Assembly (NCBI GenBank): GCA_013265495.1 | Contig: MU058213.1 | Coordinates: 7,270,066-7,334,065, forward strand | DNA from: Vicugna vicugna | Lineage: Eukaryota | Length of the DNA: 64,000 nucleotides | Reading direction: 5' to 3' | Shown: one piece after another, positions 62,981 through 64,000 of the stretch | Numbering within the stretch: position 1 is the first letter of the stretch | Layout of the letters: the number at the start of each line of letters is the position of its first letter | The notes under the pieces: model-generated | What the model was told of the DNA's origin: nothing | The model's database searches: none | What the model saw: the letters and a program-made list of their open reading frames with translations, nothing else | Position numbers and translations under genes: made by a program

Positions 62981-64000
62981 AAAAAAACAAATATAGATGA
63001 ACATCCTTTCTCTATTTATTTACGAAATGCCAGGTAAACTTCAGAGGCAATGAAATCAAATGCGAAAAGGGAAATCACTGGCAGACCTAGGGAAGAGGTT
63101 TGACGTTACCTTTTATACAAAGATTTTTAAAGTCATCAATGCTATTTACTTATAATATGGTGAGGGCAAACAAATGTCGCTTAAAAAGAAAATCCAGGAA
63201 CAAAAGATTTCAACTTTCTTGCCTTTTGATAGCACTCTGACAGTGCACAGGAAAACCATGTTTCATCATGTCACAGACAACCCTGACAGATACAAACAGC
63301 TCTGACTGCAAATCTCTAAGTCCGTGACTCAAAGGCTGGTGTGGCAGGGAGGTATCCTCGGCGGAGGAGCCAGAGGAGGGAGAGAAAACTGGTAAATCAT
63401 TCCTCAAAGGGTCAAAATGTGGTCTCTGAGATAGTATCAACTGTGAATTCACATCTGTGTTGTCACTGGTGGCCCTCTCCAAACGACCATTATGTTTTAA
63501 AGCAGAGAAACATAAACACAGTGTAGCTGCTAGCTCCGGGTACTGAATTATGGTTTTTAAAGTGGGTAAATATGAAATTATACAGGTTAAGGCAGCCCTG
63601 ATTTCTTATTAATAAACACTGAATATTTACAGGCCATGCCAAAAACATTGCTACAACAAAGCACTCATAGATTGTGTTCCACACAAGAGGTTTTATTCAT
63701 CATTAAAAAAATTTAAGAGAATTTTAAGAAAACTCGACTCTACATCTACAATGCTTGCTATCTACGTATCTATCTATCCATCCAGTACCTTTTTCTCCTA
63801 GTAAATGGTCATTTGAATATACTATTTTCTTAGGTGCCCCAGAGCAAGTTACAAAGTGGCTGGGTACTCTTGCATGCGCTCTGAAATTATCTGCTTGCTG
63901 ACCTCGTCCATTTTATTGTGATTCACTTCGCTGAGAGGAAAAGGCAAGAGAAAAAGGAGTCTAGTGAGAACTACTAATATATTTACTGATATATCTACTA

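Larger units (their letters stand above)
12166..64000 (-). other. RORA: RORA intron upstream of the zinc-finger exon (partial)
   Basis: Ends at the TGCAG acceptor 12170-12166, with a candidate branch point (AATTAAC) about 20-25 nt upstream. No RORalpha1 or RORalpha4 upstream exon was recognised, and there is no promoter-scale CpG island. Confidence 0.8.

Noticed and set aside
1..64000. Scattered CACGTG E-boxes as a CLOCK:BMAL1 module
   Set aside because: Dispersed, several lie inside repeats, and there is no tandem arrangement.
12166..64000. RORalpha3-specific exon and RORalpha4 first exon (MMYFVIAAMK)
   Set aside because: Searched by eye using recalled human peptides and not found; probably beyond the right edge of the window.
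1..64000. CRISPR arrays, operons or other prokaryotic systems
   Set aside because: The sequence is mammalian intron. There are no repeat-spacer arrays or dense ORFs; the 34- and 37-bp repeats are simple two-copy duplications.

Overview
Mammalian genomic DNA, almost certainly camelid (camel/alpaca/llama), judged from six copies of a tRNA-derived Vic-1-type SINE and artiodactyl-type L1 3' ends. The window lies inside the RORA gene (RAR-related orphan receptor alpha), transcribed on the minus strand. The only supportable coding sequence is an 86-bp exon at 12080-12165 encoding (x)[28 protein letters not shown], the first zinc finger of the DNA-binding domain. The rest is intron with transposon relics (Vic-1, L1, L2, MIR, CR1, Tigger2, MER63, Charlie1, MER5, MER20, MADE2) and candidate regulatory motifs. 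The supplied ORFs appear spurious. Best observations: (1) a recognisable but stop-interrupted counterpart of a human RORalpha2-specific exon at 35982-36065, with no sign of the cytochrome c retrocopy that supplies the other RORalpha2 exon in human; (2) a SINE-L1 composite inside one apparent target-site duplication; (3) an L1 5'-end fused directly to an L1 3'-end; (4) two L1s using the same target site; (5) three consensus ROR response elements. I found no convincing wholly new biological system. Repeat names and human comparisons are from recalled consensus sequences, not database searches.
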